Counted from the stretch's first letter, positions 40,112 through 50,858 are shown. The stretch: 64,000 bases of DNA from Thalassobaculaceae bacterium (GCA_965228875.1 OZ245843.1:4260616-4324615), one strand, 5' to 3'. The notes: generated by a model from the sequence alone, not told the origin. Numbers and translations are program-made.

Positions 40112-42226
40112 TCAGACCTCCACGCTGGCCGGCACGCGCGCGCCGGTGAAGCCGCAGGCCGGACTGGCAAGACGGACGAAGACGCCGGCGATCTCCTCCG
40201 GCGTCGGCAGCCGGTTCGGATCCTCGTCGGGGAAGGCGGATGCGCGCATCCCGGTCCGCACCTCCCCGGGGTCGACCAGGTTGACCCGGACACCGCTAGA
40301 GCGGGTCTCGGCGGCATAGGCCCGCGCCAGGGCCTCCAGCCCCGCCTTCGACGCGGCATAGGCGCCCCAGTCCGCCATCGCCCCCAGCGCCGCGCCCGAG
40401 GTGACCAGGATCGCCCGGCCCGACGGAGAGGCGCGAAGCAGCGGATCGAGCTCGCGCAGCAGCCGCCATGTCCCGGTCAGGTTGACGGCGATCGTCTGAT
40501 CGAACGCGGCGTCGGGCGCGTCGGCCAGGGGCGCTATCGGACCCAGAAGTCCATGATTGGCCACGACCACGTCGAGCCTGCCGAGCTTGTCGCCGAGGCG
40601 TTTGGCCAGCCCTTTCGTCGCCATCGGATCTCCAAGGTCCAGCTCCATCGTCGCCGCCTGTCCGCCGGCCCTGCGAATACGATCGGCGACGGCGTCCAGC
40701 GCCGGCTGCGAGCGCGCGGCCAGCACCACGCGCGCGCCCTCCGCGGCGTAGCGTTCGGCGACGGCGGCGCCGATCCCCCGCGATGCGCCGGTGACGAGGC
40801 ATGTCAGCCCCTTGAGCGCGCCGCCGCCGGCGGTCAGCTCGGCCAGCGCCCGATCGTCGCCGACCACCTGGATCTGCTGCAGGATATCGTCCAGCACGGC
40901 GCGCAGGGTCCCGGCGATGCGGTCGATCTCGCCGTGGGTGACGACCAGCGGCGGCGCGATCACCAGGGCGTCGCGCACCGCACGCAGGATGATCCCCCGG
41001 GCCTGCATCTGGTCGCGTACGACCGCGCCGACGATGCCTTCCGGATCGAAGAGCATCCTGGGCTCGCGCTGCTGAACCAGTTCGACCGCGCCGATCAGGC
41101 CAAGGGTGCGGACCTCGCCGACCATGGGGTGGCCGCCAAGCGCGGCGAGCGCGTCGGAGAAATGCGCCGCCAGGTCGTCGCGCACCCGCGCCACGAGTCC
41201 CTCGCGCTCGACGATCTCCAGGTTGGCCAGCGCCACCGCCGCCGCCACCGGGTGTCCGGCATAGGTGAACCCGTGGGCCAGACCGCCGCTCTTCTCGATC
41301 AGGACTTCGGCGACCCGGTTGCCGACCATCACCGCCGAGATCGGCTGGTAGCCGGAGGACAAGCCCTTGGCCAGGGCGATGAAGTCGGGCGCGAGCCCGA
41401 ACAGTTCGGCCGCCGTCCAGGCGCCGAGCCGGCCGAAGGCGCTGACCACCTCGTCCAGTGCGAACAGGACGTCGTGTCGGCGGCAGATCTCCTGCACCCG
41501 TGCCAGATAACCCGGCGGCGGGATGATGACACCGCCGGCCCCCTGCACCGGTTCGACAACGACGCCGGCGACGGTGTCGGCCCCCAGCTCGAGGATCTTG
41601 GCCTCGATCCAGCCGGCCGCCCGCTCGCAGAAGGCCTCTTGGCTCTCGCCGGTCTGCGCATGGCGGAAGGCGTAGGGTGCGCCGACATGGACGAAGCCGG
41701 GCAGCGGCAATCCGCCCTGGGCATGCATGGCGACGGTGCCGCCGAGGCTTATCGTCGCCAGGGTCGAGCCGTGATAGCCCTCCTCCCGGCCGATCATCAC
41801 CGTCTTCTCCGGCCGGCCCCTGAGCTCCCAGTAGAGCCGGCAGAACCGCACGATGGTATCCAGTGCCTCGGAGCCGGAATTGGCGAAGACCACATGGTCG
41901 AGGCCGGACGGCGTGAGGTCGACGAGTTTCGCGGCGAGGGCGGCGGTCGGTGCCGTCGTCGTCTTGAAGAAGGTGTTGTAGTAGGCGAGCCGCTCGACCT
42001 GATCGGCGGCGACCTTGGCCAGTTCGGTGCGGCCATAGCCGATGTTGACGCACCACAGGCCGGCAAGGGCGTCGAGGTACAGCTTGCCGTTCTCGTCCCA
42101 CAGCGTGCTGCCCCGGCCGCCGGCCATGACGATGGGCGCGTCGTCCTGCAGGACCTTCGGGTCGGTGAAGGGGTGGAGGTGGTGGTCGCGATCGAGGCGC
42201 GCCAGATCGGACGGTGTCTCGGGCAT
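40112..42226 (-). CDS. class III aminotransferase fused to a short-chain dehydrogenase (704 aa)
   Basis: N-part: YLDALAGLW, SGSEA, YHGST, EPVQG, DEVVSAFGRLG, AKGLSSGY, HGFTYAGHP. C-part: TGASRGIG, YAASK, VDPGEVRT. No stop between the parts. Confidence 0.9.
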   Translation of the reverse strand: MPETPSDLARLDRDHHLHPFTDPKVLQDDAPIVMAGGRGSTLWDENGKLYLDALAGLWCVNIGYGRTELAKVAADQVERLAYYNTFFKTTTAPTAALAAKLVDLTPSGLDHVVFANSGSEALDTIVRFCRLYWELRGRPEKTVMIGREEGYHGSTLATISLGGTVAMHAQGGLPLPGFVHVGAPYAFRHAQTGESQEAFCERAAGWIEAKILELGADTVAGVVVEPVQGAGGVIIPPPGYLARVQEICRRHDVLFALDEVVSAFGRLGAWTAAELFGLAPDFIALAKGLSSGYQPISAVMVGNRVAEVLIEKSGGLAHGFTYAGHPVAAAVALANLEIVEREGLVARVRDDLAAHFSDALAALGGHPMVGEVRTLGLIGAVELVQQREPRMLFDPEGIVGAVVRDQMQARGIILRAVRDALVIAPPLVVTHGEIDRIAGTLRAVLDDILQQIQVVGDDRALAELTAGGGALKGLTCLVTGASRGIGAAVAERYAAEGARVVLAARSQPALDAVADRIRRAGGQAATMELDLGDPMATKGLAKRLGDKLGRLDVVVANHGLLGPIAPLADAPDAAFDQTIAVNLTGTWRLLRELDPLLRASPSGRAILVTSGAALGAMADWGAYAASKAGLEALARAYAAETRSSGVRVNLVDPGEVRTGMRASAFPDEDPNRLPTPEEIAGVFVRLASPACGFTGARVPASVEV

Positions 42227-42320
42227 CGCGGGCCTCTCATCTCATGCGCCGGCGCCGTTGGATGGTGGAACGGCCTGACATGACGGCTATATTACCGGCT
42301 CAGAGAAGTTTGGGTGACCG

Positions 42321-42779
42321 ATGATCCGCTATCGCCTGCGCTGCGCCGCCGAGCATGAGTTCGAGGCCTGGTTCCAGAGCAGTTCGGCCTACGAGAAGCA
42401 GGCCGAATCGGGCCTGCTGTCCTGTCCGCACTGCGGCTCGTCCGAGGTGTCGCGCGCGCTGATGGCACCGGCCCTCCAGGGCACCCGCAAGGAGAGCGCA
42501 CCGGTCCCCGTCGAGCCTTCGCCGGAGCAGAAACAGGTCGTGACCCAGGCCCAAGCGGAGGCGCTGGCCCTCAAGCAGCAGCTTCTCGGCCTGCGCCGGA
42601 AGATCGAAGAGAACTTCGACAATGTCGGCAACCGCTTCGCCGAGGAGGCGCGCAAGATCCACTACGGCGACAGCGATGCCCGCGGGATCTACGGCGACAC
42701 CACGCCCCAGGAGCGGGAGGCGCTGGCCGAGGAGGGGATCGAGGTCGGAACCATCCCCTGGCTGCGCGACGATGCCTGA
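42321..42779 (+). CDS. DUF1178 family protein
   Basis: MIRYRLRC..HEFEAWF, CPHCGS, VGNRFAEEARKIHYG. Confidence 0.93.
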   Translation: MIRYRLRCAAEHEFEAWFQSSSAYEKQAESGLLSCPHCGSSEVSRALMAPALQGTRKESAPVPVEPSPEQKQVVTQAQAEALALKQQLLGLRRKIEENFDNVGNRFAEEARKIHYGDSDARGIYGDTTPQEREALAEEGIEVGTIPWLRDDA

Positions 42780-42795
42780 CCGCCGGGACTGAACG

Positions 42796-44217
42796 GTGTC
42801 CGGCGACCCGCTGATCGACGGTCTGCGCCGCGATCTCGGCGACGACGCGGTCCTGACCCGACCCGACGACCGCACCCGCTACGAGACCGACGTTCTGCAA
42901 ACCCGTACCGGCCGGGCCCGCGCGGTGCTGCGTCCGCGCACGACGCGGGAGGTGGCGCAGGCGGTCCGGCGCTGTGCCGCGGCCGGTGTCGCGATCGTGC
43001 CCCAGGGCGGCAATACCGGTTTCTGCCAGGGCGCCACGCCGCCGGACGACGGCGCGGCGGTGGTCCTGTCGACCGAGCGGTTGCGGGCGATCCGGGACGT
43101 CGATCCGACCGGCTCGACGATGATCGCGGAGGCGGGGGTGACCCTGGCCGACGCGCGGACGTGCGCGGCGACCCATGGCCGGCAACTGGCGATTCACCAC
43201 GGCGGCCTGTCCTCGACCGTCGGCGGCAACGTGTCGACCAATGCGGGCGGCAACAACGTCCTGCGCTACGGCATGGCGCGGTCGCAGATCCTCGGGCTCG
43301 AGGCGGTGCTGGCCGACGGGCAGATCTGGAACGGCCTGCGGGCCTTGGCCAAGGACAATGCCGGTACCGATCTCAAGCAGCTCTTCATCGGCACCGAGGG
43401 GACGCTCGGCATCGTCACCGCCGCGTGTCTGCGGCTGCACCCCGCCGCCGGCCGGACGGCGACGGCCCTGGTCGCGGTGCCCTCGCCGGCGGCAGCGCTG
43501 GCGCTGCTCGCCCGTCTTCAGGATGCCGCCGGCGACGCCATCACGGCAGCCGAACTGATCCCCCGGACCGGCCTCGACCTGCACTTCGCCCACGCCGGGG
43601 CCCGGCGCGAACCCTTCGCCGGCCTTCATCCCTGGCAGGTGCTGGTGGAGCTGGCCTCGGCCAGCCGGTACTTCGATCTGGACGCCGCGCTGGAGGCCGC
43701 CGTCGGCGCGGCACTCGAGGCGGGCGAGGCAGTCGACGCGGTGCAGGCCCGCTCGGAGGCGCAGCGCGCCGGACTGTGGAGCCTTCGGGAGGGGCTGGCT
43801 GTCGCCCAGGTGGACACGCCCGGAAACCTGAAGAACGACACGTCGGTCCCGGTGTCGGCGATCCCGAATTTCATCGCCCGGGCGAGCGCCGCCGTCGCCG
43901 CCGTCGTCCCGGACGCGGTGCCGATCCCGTTCGGCCACCTCGGCGACGGCAACATCCATTTCAATGTCAATCCGCCATCCGGCGGCGACGGGGCCGCCTT
44001 CCGGGCGCACTGGCCGGCGCTGATCGCGACGATAGACGGCGAAGCGACGGCGCTCGGCGGGTCGATTGCCGCCGAGCACGGGCTCGGTCGGACCAAGGTA
44101 TCGGCTGCGGCGCGGTTGAAACCGGGGCTCGATCTCGATCTGATGCGGCGGCTGAAGCGGGCCCTCGACCCGGGTGGGCACCTCAATCCCGGGGTGATGC
44201 TGGAACCGGAGCGATGA
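42796..44217 (+). CDS. FAD-linked oxidoreductase (GlcD/D2HGDH family)
   Basis: PQGGNTG, STNAGG, GTEGTLG, GHLGDGNIH, AEHGLG, LNPG. Confidence 0.92.
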   Translation: MSGDPLIDGLRRDLGDDAVLTRPDDRTRYETDVLQTRTGRARAVLRPRTTREVAQAVRRCAAAGVAIVPQGGNTGFCQGATPPDDGAAVVLSTERLRAIRDVDPTGSTMIAEAGVTLADARTCAATHGRQLAIHHGGLSSTVGGNVSTNAGGNNVLRYGMARSQILGLEAVLADGQIWNGLRALAKDNAGTDLKQLFIGTEGTLGIVTAACLRLHPAAGRTATALVAVPSPAAALALLARLQDAAGDAITAAELIPRTGLDLHFAHAGARREPFAGLHPWQVLVELASASRYFDLDAALEAAVGAALEAGEAVDAVQARSEAQRAGLWSLREGLAVAQVDTPGNLKNDTSVPVSAIPNFIARASAAVAAVVPDAVPIPFGHLGDGNIHFNVNPPSGGDGAAFRAHWPALIATIDGEATALGGSIAAEHGLGRTKVSAAARLKPGLDLDLMRRLKRALDPGGHLNPGVMLEPER

Positions 44218-44218
44218 C

Positions 44219-44539
44219 ATGCATGTGGTGATCTTCGAAGTCGAGCCCAGGGAGGGGTGTGAGGACACCTATTTCGAGATCGCGGCTTCCCTGCGGGCGG
44301 AGCTCGAGACGATCGAGGGTTTCATCTCCGTCGAGCGGTTCGAGAGCCTGGTGACGCCGGGCAAGATTCTGTCGCTGTCGACCTGGGAGGACGAGGCGGC
44401 GATCGCCCGCTGGCGGGAACGCGCCGGTCATCGCGACGCCCAGACCGCCGGCCGCGACAGTCTGTTCGCCCGCTACCGCATCCGGGTCGCCGAGGTGCAG
44501 CGCGATTACGATCTGGATACGTCGCCGTGGAGGAGCTGA
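44219..44539 (+). CDS. ABM family monooxygenase
   Basis: VIFEV, GFISVERFES, LSLSTWEDE, YRIRVAEV. Confidence 0.9.
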   Translation: MHVVIFEVEPREGCEDTYFEIAASLRAELETIEGFISVERFESLVTPGKILSLSTWEDEAAIARWRERAGHRDAQTAGRDSLFARYRIRVAEVQRDYDLDTSPWRS

Positions 44540-44672
44540 CCGGCAGCGCTCCCAGCCGGTAACCGTCAGCCTGACGACGGTCGCGGAACCGGGACCGCCC
44601 CTTCCCGGGGTGTCGACGACCCGCGTATGAATCCGCCTTTCCTTTCCCCGCCGGAACCTTATCTATCCCCCC

Positions 44673-46031
44673 ATGACAGACACCGATTCCGAACGCAATT
44701 CGCTGGGCGGGCGCATGCGCCGCTACGCCCGCGTCGGCTCCGCGGTGGGCGGACTTGCCGCCCGACTGGCTGGCGAGCGCTATCTCGGCCTTTCCGTCGA
44801 CAAGGCGGAGCACGCGGCCGACCTGAAGGCCGCGCTCGGCGGGCTCAAGGGGCCGCTGATGAAGGTGGCGCAGATCCTGTCCACCGTGCCCGACGCGCTG
44901 CCGAAGGAGTATGTCGACGAACTGGCCCATCTGCAGGCGAATGCGCCGGCGATGGGCTGGCCGTTCGTGAAGCGGCGGATGACGACGGAACTGGGTGCGG
45001 GCTGGCAGAAACGGTTCGCCGAGTTCGAGCGCGAGGCCGCCTCGGCCGCGTCCCTCGGCCAGGTGCACCGTGCCACTCTGCATGACGGGCGCAGGGTCGC
45101 GGTGAAGCTGCAGTATCCGGACATGTCCTCGGCGGTGGAGGCGGACCTGCGGCAGCTGGACTGGGTGTTCAAGCTGTACCGCCGGTACGATACCGCGATC
45201 GACCCGTCGCTGATCCACACCGAGCTGTCGGCGCGGCTGCGCGAGGAGCTGGACTACGCGCGCGAGGCCCGACACATGGCGCTGTACCGCCACATGCTGG
45301 CCGGCGAGCCGGCGGTGCACGTCCCGGACGTGGCCGACGACCTGTCGACCGGCCGGCTGATCACCATGACCTGGCTGGACGGCACGCCGTTCATGAAGTT
45401 CCTGGAGGAGCACCCGGATCTCGAGACCCGCAACCGGGTCGCCCACAACATGTTCCGCACCTGGTACGTGCCGTTCTACTTCTTCGGCGTGATCCACGGC
45501 GATCCGCATCTCGGCAACTACACGATCCGCGACGACGGCTCGATCAACCTGCTCGACTTCGGCTGTATCCGGGTGTTCCACCCACCCTTCGTGAAGGGCG
45601 TGATCGACCTCTATCGCGCGCTCGTCCACGACGACGAGGACCTTGCCGTATCGGCCTACGAGAGCTGGGGCTTTCATGATCTGGACCGCGAAACCATCGA
45701 GGTTCTGAACGTCTGGGCGCGGTTCCTCTACGGTCCGCTCATGGAGGACCGCACCCGGAAGATCCAGGAGAGCGGCACCGGCCTCTACGGCCGCGAGATC
45801 GCCGAGAAGGTGCATGGCGAGCTGCGCCGCCTGAGCGGCGTGCGCCCACCGCGCGAATTCGTGCTCATGGACCGTGCCGCCCTCGGTCTCGGCTCCGTCT
45901 TCATGCATCTGAAGGCGGAGGTGAACTGGTATCGCCTGTTCCACGATCTGATCGGCGATTTCGACGCCGACACGCTGGCGGACCGCCAGGAGCGGGCGCT
46001 GGCGGCTGTGGGGTTGGAGCGGCCGGAGTAG
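44673..46031 (+). CDS. AarF/ABC1/UbiB kinase family protein
   Basis: LKGPLMKVAQ, AASLGQVH, AVKLQYP, HGDPHLGN, LLDFGC. Confidence 0.93.
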   Translation: MTDTDSERNSLGGRMRRYARVGSAVGGLAARLAGERYLGLSVDKAEHAADLKAALGGLKGPLMKVAQILSTVPDALPKEYVDELAHLQANAPAMGWPFVKRRMTTELGAGWQKRFAEFEREAASAASLGQVHRATLHDGRRVAVKLQYPDMSSAVEADLRQLDWVFKLYRRYDTAIDPSLIHTELSARLREELDYAREARHMALYRHMLAGEPAVHVPDVADDLSTGRLITMTWLDGTPFMKFLEEHPDLETRNRVAHNMFRTWYVPFYFFGVIHGDPHLGNYTIRDDGSINLLDFGCIRVFHPPFVKGVIDLYRALVHDDEDLAVSAYESWGFHDLDRETIEVLNVWARFLYGPLMEDRTRKIQESGTGLYGREIAEKVHGELRRLSGVRPPREFVLMDRAALGLGSVFMHLKAEVNWYRLFHDLIGDFDADTLADRQERALAAVGLERPE

Positions 46032-46076
46032 CAGGACATACTCCCCGCCGATGTGCCTCCCACAAGAGCGGACCAG

Positions 46077-47180
46077 ATGCAGGGATCCCTGAAGATCGAC
46101 CTCAGGAACGGCGTGATCGACGGCGCCGCCATCACCAAGGTCGTTACCGCCTTCCGCGGGATCGCCGCAAAGGGCCTGGCGGTCGACATCCCGGGCGAGG
46201 CCACGGCCCACCGGTATTTCAACGTGATGGTGGAGTGCTACAAGAGCGGCCGGTTCGACGACGTTCTCATGCTGTGGACGTGCCTGCGCCGATCGCGCAG
46301 TCCGGTCATGGATCGCTTTCTCGACGCCAACGCCCATTTCTTCGAACGTGCCTACTTCGAACACTGCGTCAGGCGGCGCGCGCAGGAGTGGCGGGACGCG
46401 TTTCTCGAGGAGCATCTCGACCTGACGCCCGGATCGGTGCCGGACGGCGCGGCGGCGCCCGTCGTGATCTGCGCGTCGCCGCGGTCCGGCAGTACTTATC
46501 TTGGCATGATGCTGTCCATGTATCTGGATCGGCCGCATGTCTCGGCTCACGGGCGCAACGCGGTCGATCCCGGCGTGCACGTCGACTTCGATGTCCATAC
46601 ATGGCGGACGATGCTTCGCGACGGTGCCGTGATCCAGACGCACATCGTGCCGGGGCTGCCGTTCCTTTCCATGCTGCACGCGCTCGGGATCAGGCCCATC
46701 GTCGTGTTCCGCAACATCTTCGAGGTGCTGACGTCGAAGGCGAACCGTACCCGCGCCGCCTATGCCGACAACCTGTTCGGCCTCGGCAGAGGAATGACAG
46801 CGGAGGATAGCCTGCGTTTCACCGCGGACCGGTACGCCGTCAGGATTTTCGAGTTCGCCCACGCCTGGCAGCGCGCCGCCGACATGGTCGACTGTCGGAT
46901 CTACGATTTCCGCGACATCAAGGGCCGTTGGCTGGAGGCCCTGGAATCGATGGTTCGATACCTCGGACACACTTGGGATCCGGCGAAGGGCGGACGGGTC
47001 GTCGACGACCTGGATGACCTTTCGAACCGGAACCCGACTTCGTTCAACCGGATGACGAGTGCGTCGAAAGAGGCCATGCCGGCAATGAGCGAGGAAACCA
47101 AACGCGAGATACGCCGGATCAGCGCCGCTTTCGATGAGCGGGCCGTCCGCCGGCTGGTCTCGGACGAGTTCGCGGTCTGA
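46077..47180 (+). CDS. sulfotransferase-like protein
   Basis: ICASPRSGSTYL (5'-PSB-like), VFRNIFEVLTS (3'-PB-like); alternative GTG start 46053. Confidence 0.6.
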   Translation: MQGSLKIDLRNGVIDGAAITKVVTAFRGIAAKGLAVDIPGEATAHRYFNVMVECYKSGRFDDVLMLWTCLRRSRSPVMDRFLDANAHFFERAYFEHCVRRRAQEWRDAFLEEHLDLTPGSVPDGAAAPVVICASPRSGSTYLGMMLSMYLDRPHVSAHGRNAVDPGVHVDFDVHTWRTMLRDGAVIQTHIVPGLPFLSMLHALGIRPIVVFRNIFEVLTSKANRTRAAYADNLFGLGRGMTAEDSLRFTADRYAVRIFEFAHAWQRAADMVDCRIYDFRDIKGRWLEALESMVRYLGHTWDPAKGGRVVDDLDDLSNRNPTSFNRMTSASKEAMPAMSEETKREIRRISAAFDERAVRRLVSDEFAV

Positions 47181-47200
47181 GGCGCCGGCCTCAGTCCGTC

Positions 47201-48154
47201 TCAGTATCCCCGGCCCAGGTCGACCAGCCCGGTGGGATCCTCGCCGGCGCGGAGCCGGCGGATGTTCTCGGCGAAGACGATGGCGGCGGTGGGCGGGTTC
47301 ACCTCGGCGGCGATGTGCGGGGTGACGTAGATCCGCGCGTCGTCCCAGAACGGATGGTCGGCGGGCAGCGGCTCCTCGCGGAACACGTCGAGGGCCGCGG
47401 CGGACAGCCGTCCGCTGTCGAGCGCCGGGATCAGGTCCGCCTCCACCAGATGGCCGCCGCGGCCGACATTCACCAGAAACGCGCCCTCGGGGAGTTTGGC
47501 GAAGAGTTCGGCCGACAGGACCCCCTCGGTCCGCTCGGTCAGTGGCAGCAGGCAGACCACGACGTTGGAGCGGGCCAGCAGGGCGTCCAGCGCCTCGGGC
47601 CCGGACGCCGTCGCGACGCCGTCCACGGTACGCGGCGAGCGGGTCCAGCCGGTGCAGGCGATCTCCAGTGCTGTGAGGGCGCGGGCCAGGTGCTCGCCGA
47701 GCGCGCCCAGGCCGAGGATGGCGACATGCAGCCGGCGATGGTCGAACGCCTCGCTCATGGGCCAGTGGTGCTCGCCCTTGTAGCGCTCGAACTTGTCGGC
47801 CTGGCGGTGCCAGCGCAGGATCTGCAGGATGATGTGATGGGTCATCGACACGGCCATGAACGGGTCGATGAGGCGGGCGACCGGCACATGGGTCGGACGC
47901 TCGGGGTCTTCCAGGATGTGGTCGACCCCGGCACCGATCGACTGGGCCAGCCGGAGGTTCGGGAAGCGCGCCAGGACCCCGTGCGGCAGGCGCCAGGAGA
48001 TCGACACGTCGACCCGCGCCAGATCGTCGCCGGCGATCTCCAGGGCCGGTCGGGCGTCAACGCCCGGCAGTTCGTCCTTCAGTGCGGCGATCCAGGCCGA
48101 CGGCCCGTCGCCGGTGCTGTGGACGGCGACGATCGGACCCTCTTCCCGCGCCAT
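47201..48154 (-). CDS. glyoxylate/hydroxypyruvate reductase A family, paralog 2
   Basis: GAGVDH, ILGLGALG, LLPLT, NVGRG, LDVF..EP, TPHIA, VDLGRGY. Confidence 0.92.
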   Translation of the reverse strand: MAREEGPIVAVHSTGDGPSAWIAALKDELPGVDARPALEIAGDDLARVDVSISWRLPHGVLARFPNLRLAQSIGAGVDHILEDPERPTHVPVARLIDPFMAVSMTHHIILQILRWHRQADKFERYKGEHHWPMSEAFDHRRLHVAILGLGALGEHLARALTALEIACTGWTRSPRTVDGVATASGPEALDALLARSNVVVCLLPLTERTEGVLSAELFAKLPEGAFLVNVGRGGHLVEADLIPALDSGRLSAAALDVFREEPLPADHPFWDDARIYVTPHIAAEVNPPTAAIVFAENIRRLRAGEDPTGLVDLGRGY

Positions 48155-49086
48155 CAGTATTTCCGCTCGCGGCTGACGGTGTTGAACGGTTCTTCCCCGG
48201 CGAAGACCCGACGGATGTTCTCCGCCACCTGGTCGGCGCCGCTCTCGGCATTGGTCTGGGCCGAGACGTGCGGCCAGACCTGGACCTTCGGATGGCCCCA
48301 GAACGGATGACCGTCGGGCAGCGGTTCGACCCGGAAGACGTCGAGCGAGGCGCCGGCGATATGGCCGCTGTCCAACGCCGCCAGCAGGTCCTCCTCGACC
48401 AGCTGTGCGCCGCGGCCGGAGTTCACCACAAAGGCGCCCTTCGGCAGCTTGGACAGGGTCTCGGCGTCGATGATGTCCGTGGTCTCCGGCGTCAGCGGCA
48501 GCAGGCAGCACAGGATATCGGTCCGGTTCAGGAAGGCGTCGAACTCGGCCTCGCCGGCGAAGCTCGTCACGCCGTCGATCTCTTTCCTCGTTCGCGACCA
48601 GCCGGCGGTGTCGAATCCGAGGGCGGCGATGGTGGTCGCCGCCTCCGCTCCCAGCGCGCCGAGGCCGAGGATGCCGACCCGGCGGGTGGAGGTCTCCGGC
48701 GCCGGCAGCTTGACCCAGCGGCCCTCGCGCTGGAACCGCTCGTACTCCATGCCTTGGCGGTGGAAGCGCAGCACCTGCAGCAGCACCCACTCCGCCATGG
48801 CCCGGCCCATCCACGGATCGACGATGCGCAGGATCTGCGCGCCCCGGGGCAGGTTCGGCTCGGCGAAGATGTGGTCCACGCCCTGACCGAGGGAGCAGAT
48901 CGCCTTCAGGTTCTCCAGCCCCGTGTAGGCGCCGGCCGGCGCTTTCCAGACCAGAGCGAACTCGATCTCCGTCGGGTCGCCGACCTCCGGCCAGACCCGG
49001 AAATCGAGATCGGGCATGCGCTTCGACAGGGCGTCGCGCCATTCGTCGGGATTGTCGTTGTCGCTGCGGAACAGGACGGCAGGCAT
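48154..49086 (-). CDS. ghrA: glyoxylate/hydroxypyruvate reductase A family, paralog 1
   Basis: GQGVDH, ILGLGALG, GWSRT, LLPLTPET, NSGRG, LDVFRVEP, PHVS. Confidence 0.9.
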   Translation of the reverse strand: MPAVLFRSDNDNPDEWRDALSKRMPDLDFRVWPEVGDPTEIEFALVWKAPAGAYTGLENLKAICSLGQGVDHIFAEPNLPRGAQILRIVDPWMGRAMAEWVLLQVLRFHRQGMEYERFQREGRWVKLPAPETSTRRVGILGLGALGAEAATTIAALGFDTAGWSRTRKEIDGVTSFAGEAEFDAFLNRTDILCCLLPLTPETTDIIDAETLSKLPKGAFVVNSGRGAQLVEEDLLAALDSGHIAGASLDVFRVEPLPDGHPFWGHPKVQVWPHVSAQTNAESGADQVAENIRRVFAGEEPFNTVSRERKY

Positions 49087-49220
49087 GGGCGATATCCTTG
49101 CGGCGAGGGTCGTCGGGAAAGGCGATGGCAGGACCATATTCACCACACCCGCCCCTGTCGACCGCCGCCCGCACCATGTGTGGGACCGGGCAGTGGGCGA
49201 GGAAGATCTATGGCGGGGCG

Positions 49221-50858
49221 CTACGTCCTGACCGCCCCGTCCTCGCTCGCTTCGAGGTCGAAGGCGGCGGCCATCAGCGCTTTCGTGTAGTCGCGCTGCG
49301 GGGCGTCCATGACCTGTTCGACCGGCCCGTGCTCGACCACCACGCCGTCGCGCAGGACGAAGACCCGGTGCGACATGGCCCGCACCACCTTGAGGTCGTG
49401 GCTGATGAACAGGTAGGCGAGGCCGTGGCTGCGCTGCAGGTCCCGCAACAGGTCCACGATCTGCGCCTGCACGCTCATGTCCAGTGCCGAGGTCGGCTCG
49501 TCCAGCACCACCAGTTTCGGGCGCAGCACCATGGCGCGCGCGATGGAGATCCGTTGGCGCTGGCCGCCGGAGAACTCGTGCGGGTAGCGGTCGCGCATGG
49601 ACGGGTCGAGCCCGACCTCGCGCAGCACTTCGTCGATCCGGCGGTCCTTGTCCGCCTGGGTCGGCAGGCCGAGCTCCTCCGGATCGTGCACGCCCAGCCC
49701 CTCGCCGACGATCTCGGCGATCGACAGCCGCGGCGACAGGCTGCCGAACGGGTCCTGGAACACGATCTGCATGTCGCGGCGCAGGGTGCGGAGATCGGAC
49801 TTTCCCATTCCCTGGACCTCGCGGCCGAGAAAGGTGACCCGACCGGTGCAGGCCTGCAGACGCAGCAGCGCCATGGCGAGCGTGGTCTTGCCCGACCCCG
49901 ATTCGCCGACGATGCCGACCGTCTCGCCGGCCTTGACGCCGACGGTGACGCCGTCGACGGCTTTCACATGGCCGACCGTGCGTTTCAGGAATCCGCGCTG
50001 GATCGGGAACCAGACCCGCACGTCGGAAGCCTGGAGAACGGTGGGCGCTCGGGGGTCCACCGGTTCCGGCGCACCCTTGGGCTCGGCGGCCAGAAGCTTG
50101 CGGGTATAGGCGTGCTCGGGGGTCGCGAACACCCGCTCGGTCGCTCCGTGCTCGACGATCTCGCCGTCGGTCATCACGCAGACCCGGTCGGCCACCTTGC
50201 GCACGATGCCGAGGTCGTGGGTGATCAGCAGGATCGCCATGCCGAGCTCGCGGCGCAGCCGGTCGAGCAGGGCGAGGATCTGCGCCTGGATGGTGACGTC
50301 GAGGGCAGTGGTCGGTTCGTCGGCGATCAGCAGGTCAGGCTCGTTGGCCAGAGCCATGGCGATCATCACCCGCTGGCGTTGGCCGCCGGAGAGCTGGTGC
50401 GGATAGGACTGCAGCCGGCTCTCCGGGTCGCGGATTCCGACCAGGTCCAGCAGCTCGAGAACGCGCGCCCGCGCGGCCGCGCCATGAAGGCCCTTGTGAA
50501 GCGCCAGGGACTCGCCGATCTGCCGCTCCACCGTGTGCAGCGGGTTCAGCGAGGTCATCGGCTCCTGGAAGATCATGGCGATCTCGTCGCCGCGGATGTC
50601 CATCAGAGTGGTCTCGTCCGCGCCCACCAGCTCGCGGCCGTTCCATCTGACGCTCGACGCGGCGCCATGGCGGGCCAGCGGGTAGGGCAGCAGCTGCACC
50701 GCCGACAGTGCCGTCACCGACTTGCCGGAGCCGGACTCGCCGACCAGCGCGAGGGTCTCGCCCTTGCGGATGTCGAACGACACGCCGCGGACGGCGGGCT
50801 CGTTGCGGCCGAAACTGACCGAGAGGTCGCGGACCTGAAGCAGCGGCGGTTCGGACAT
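49221..50858 (-). CDS. yejF: peptide ABC transporter, double ATPase
   Basis: Two GESGSGK and two SGGQRQR motifs; follows yejE. Confidence 0.93.
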   Translation of the reverse strand: MSEPPLLQVRDLSVSFGRNEPAVRGVSFDIRKGETLALVGESGSGKSVTALSAVQLLPYPLARHGAASSVRWNGRELVGADETTLMDIRGDEIAMIFQEPMTSLNPLHTVERQIGESLALHKGLHGAAARARVLELLDLVGIRDPESRLQSYPHQLSGGQRQRVMIAMALANEPDLLIADEPTTALDVTIQAQILALLDRLRRELGMAILLITHDLGIVRKVADRVCVMTDGEIVEHGATERVFATPEHAYTRKLLAAEPKGAPEPVDPRAPTVLQASDVRVWFPIQRGFLKRTVGHVKAVDGVTVGVKAGETVGIVGESGSGKTTLAMALLRLQACTGRVTFLGREVQGMGKSDLRTLRRDMQIVFQDPFGSLSPRLSIAEIVGEGLGVHDPEELGLPTQADKDRRIDEVLREVGLDPSMRDRYPHEFSGGQRQRISIARAMVLRPKLVVLDEPTSALDMSVQAQIVDLLRDLQRSHGLAYLFISHDLKVVRAMSHRVFVLRDGVVVEHGPVEQVMDAPQRDYTKALMAAAFDLEASEDGAVRT

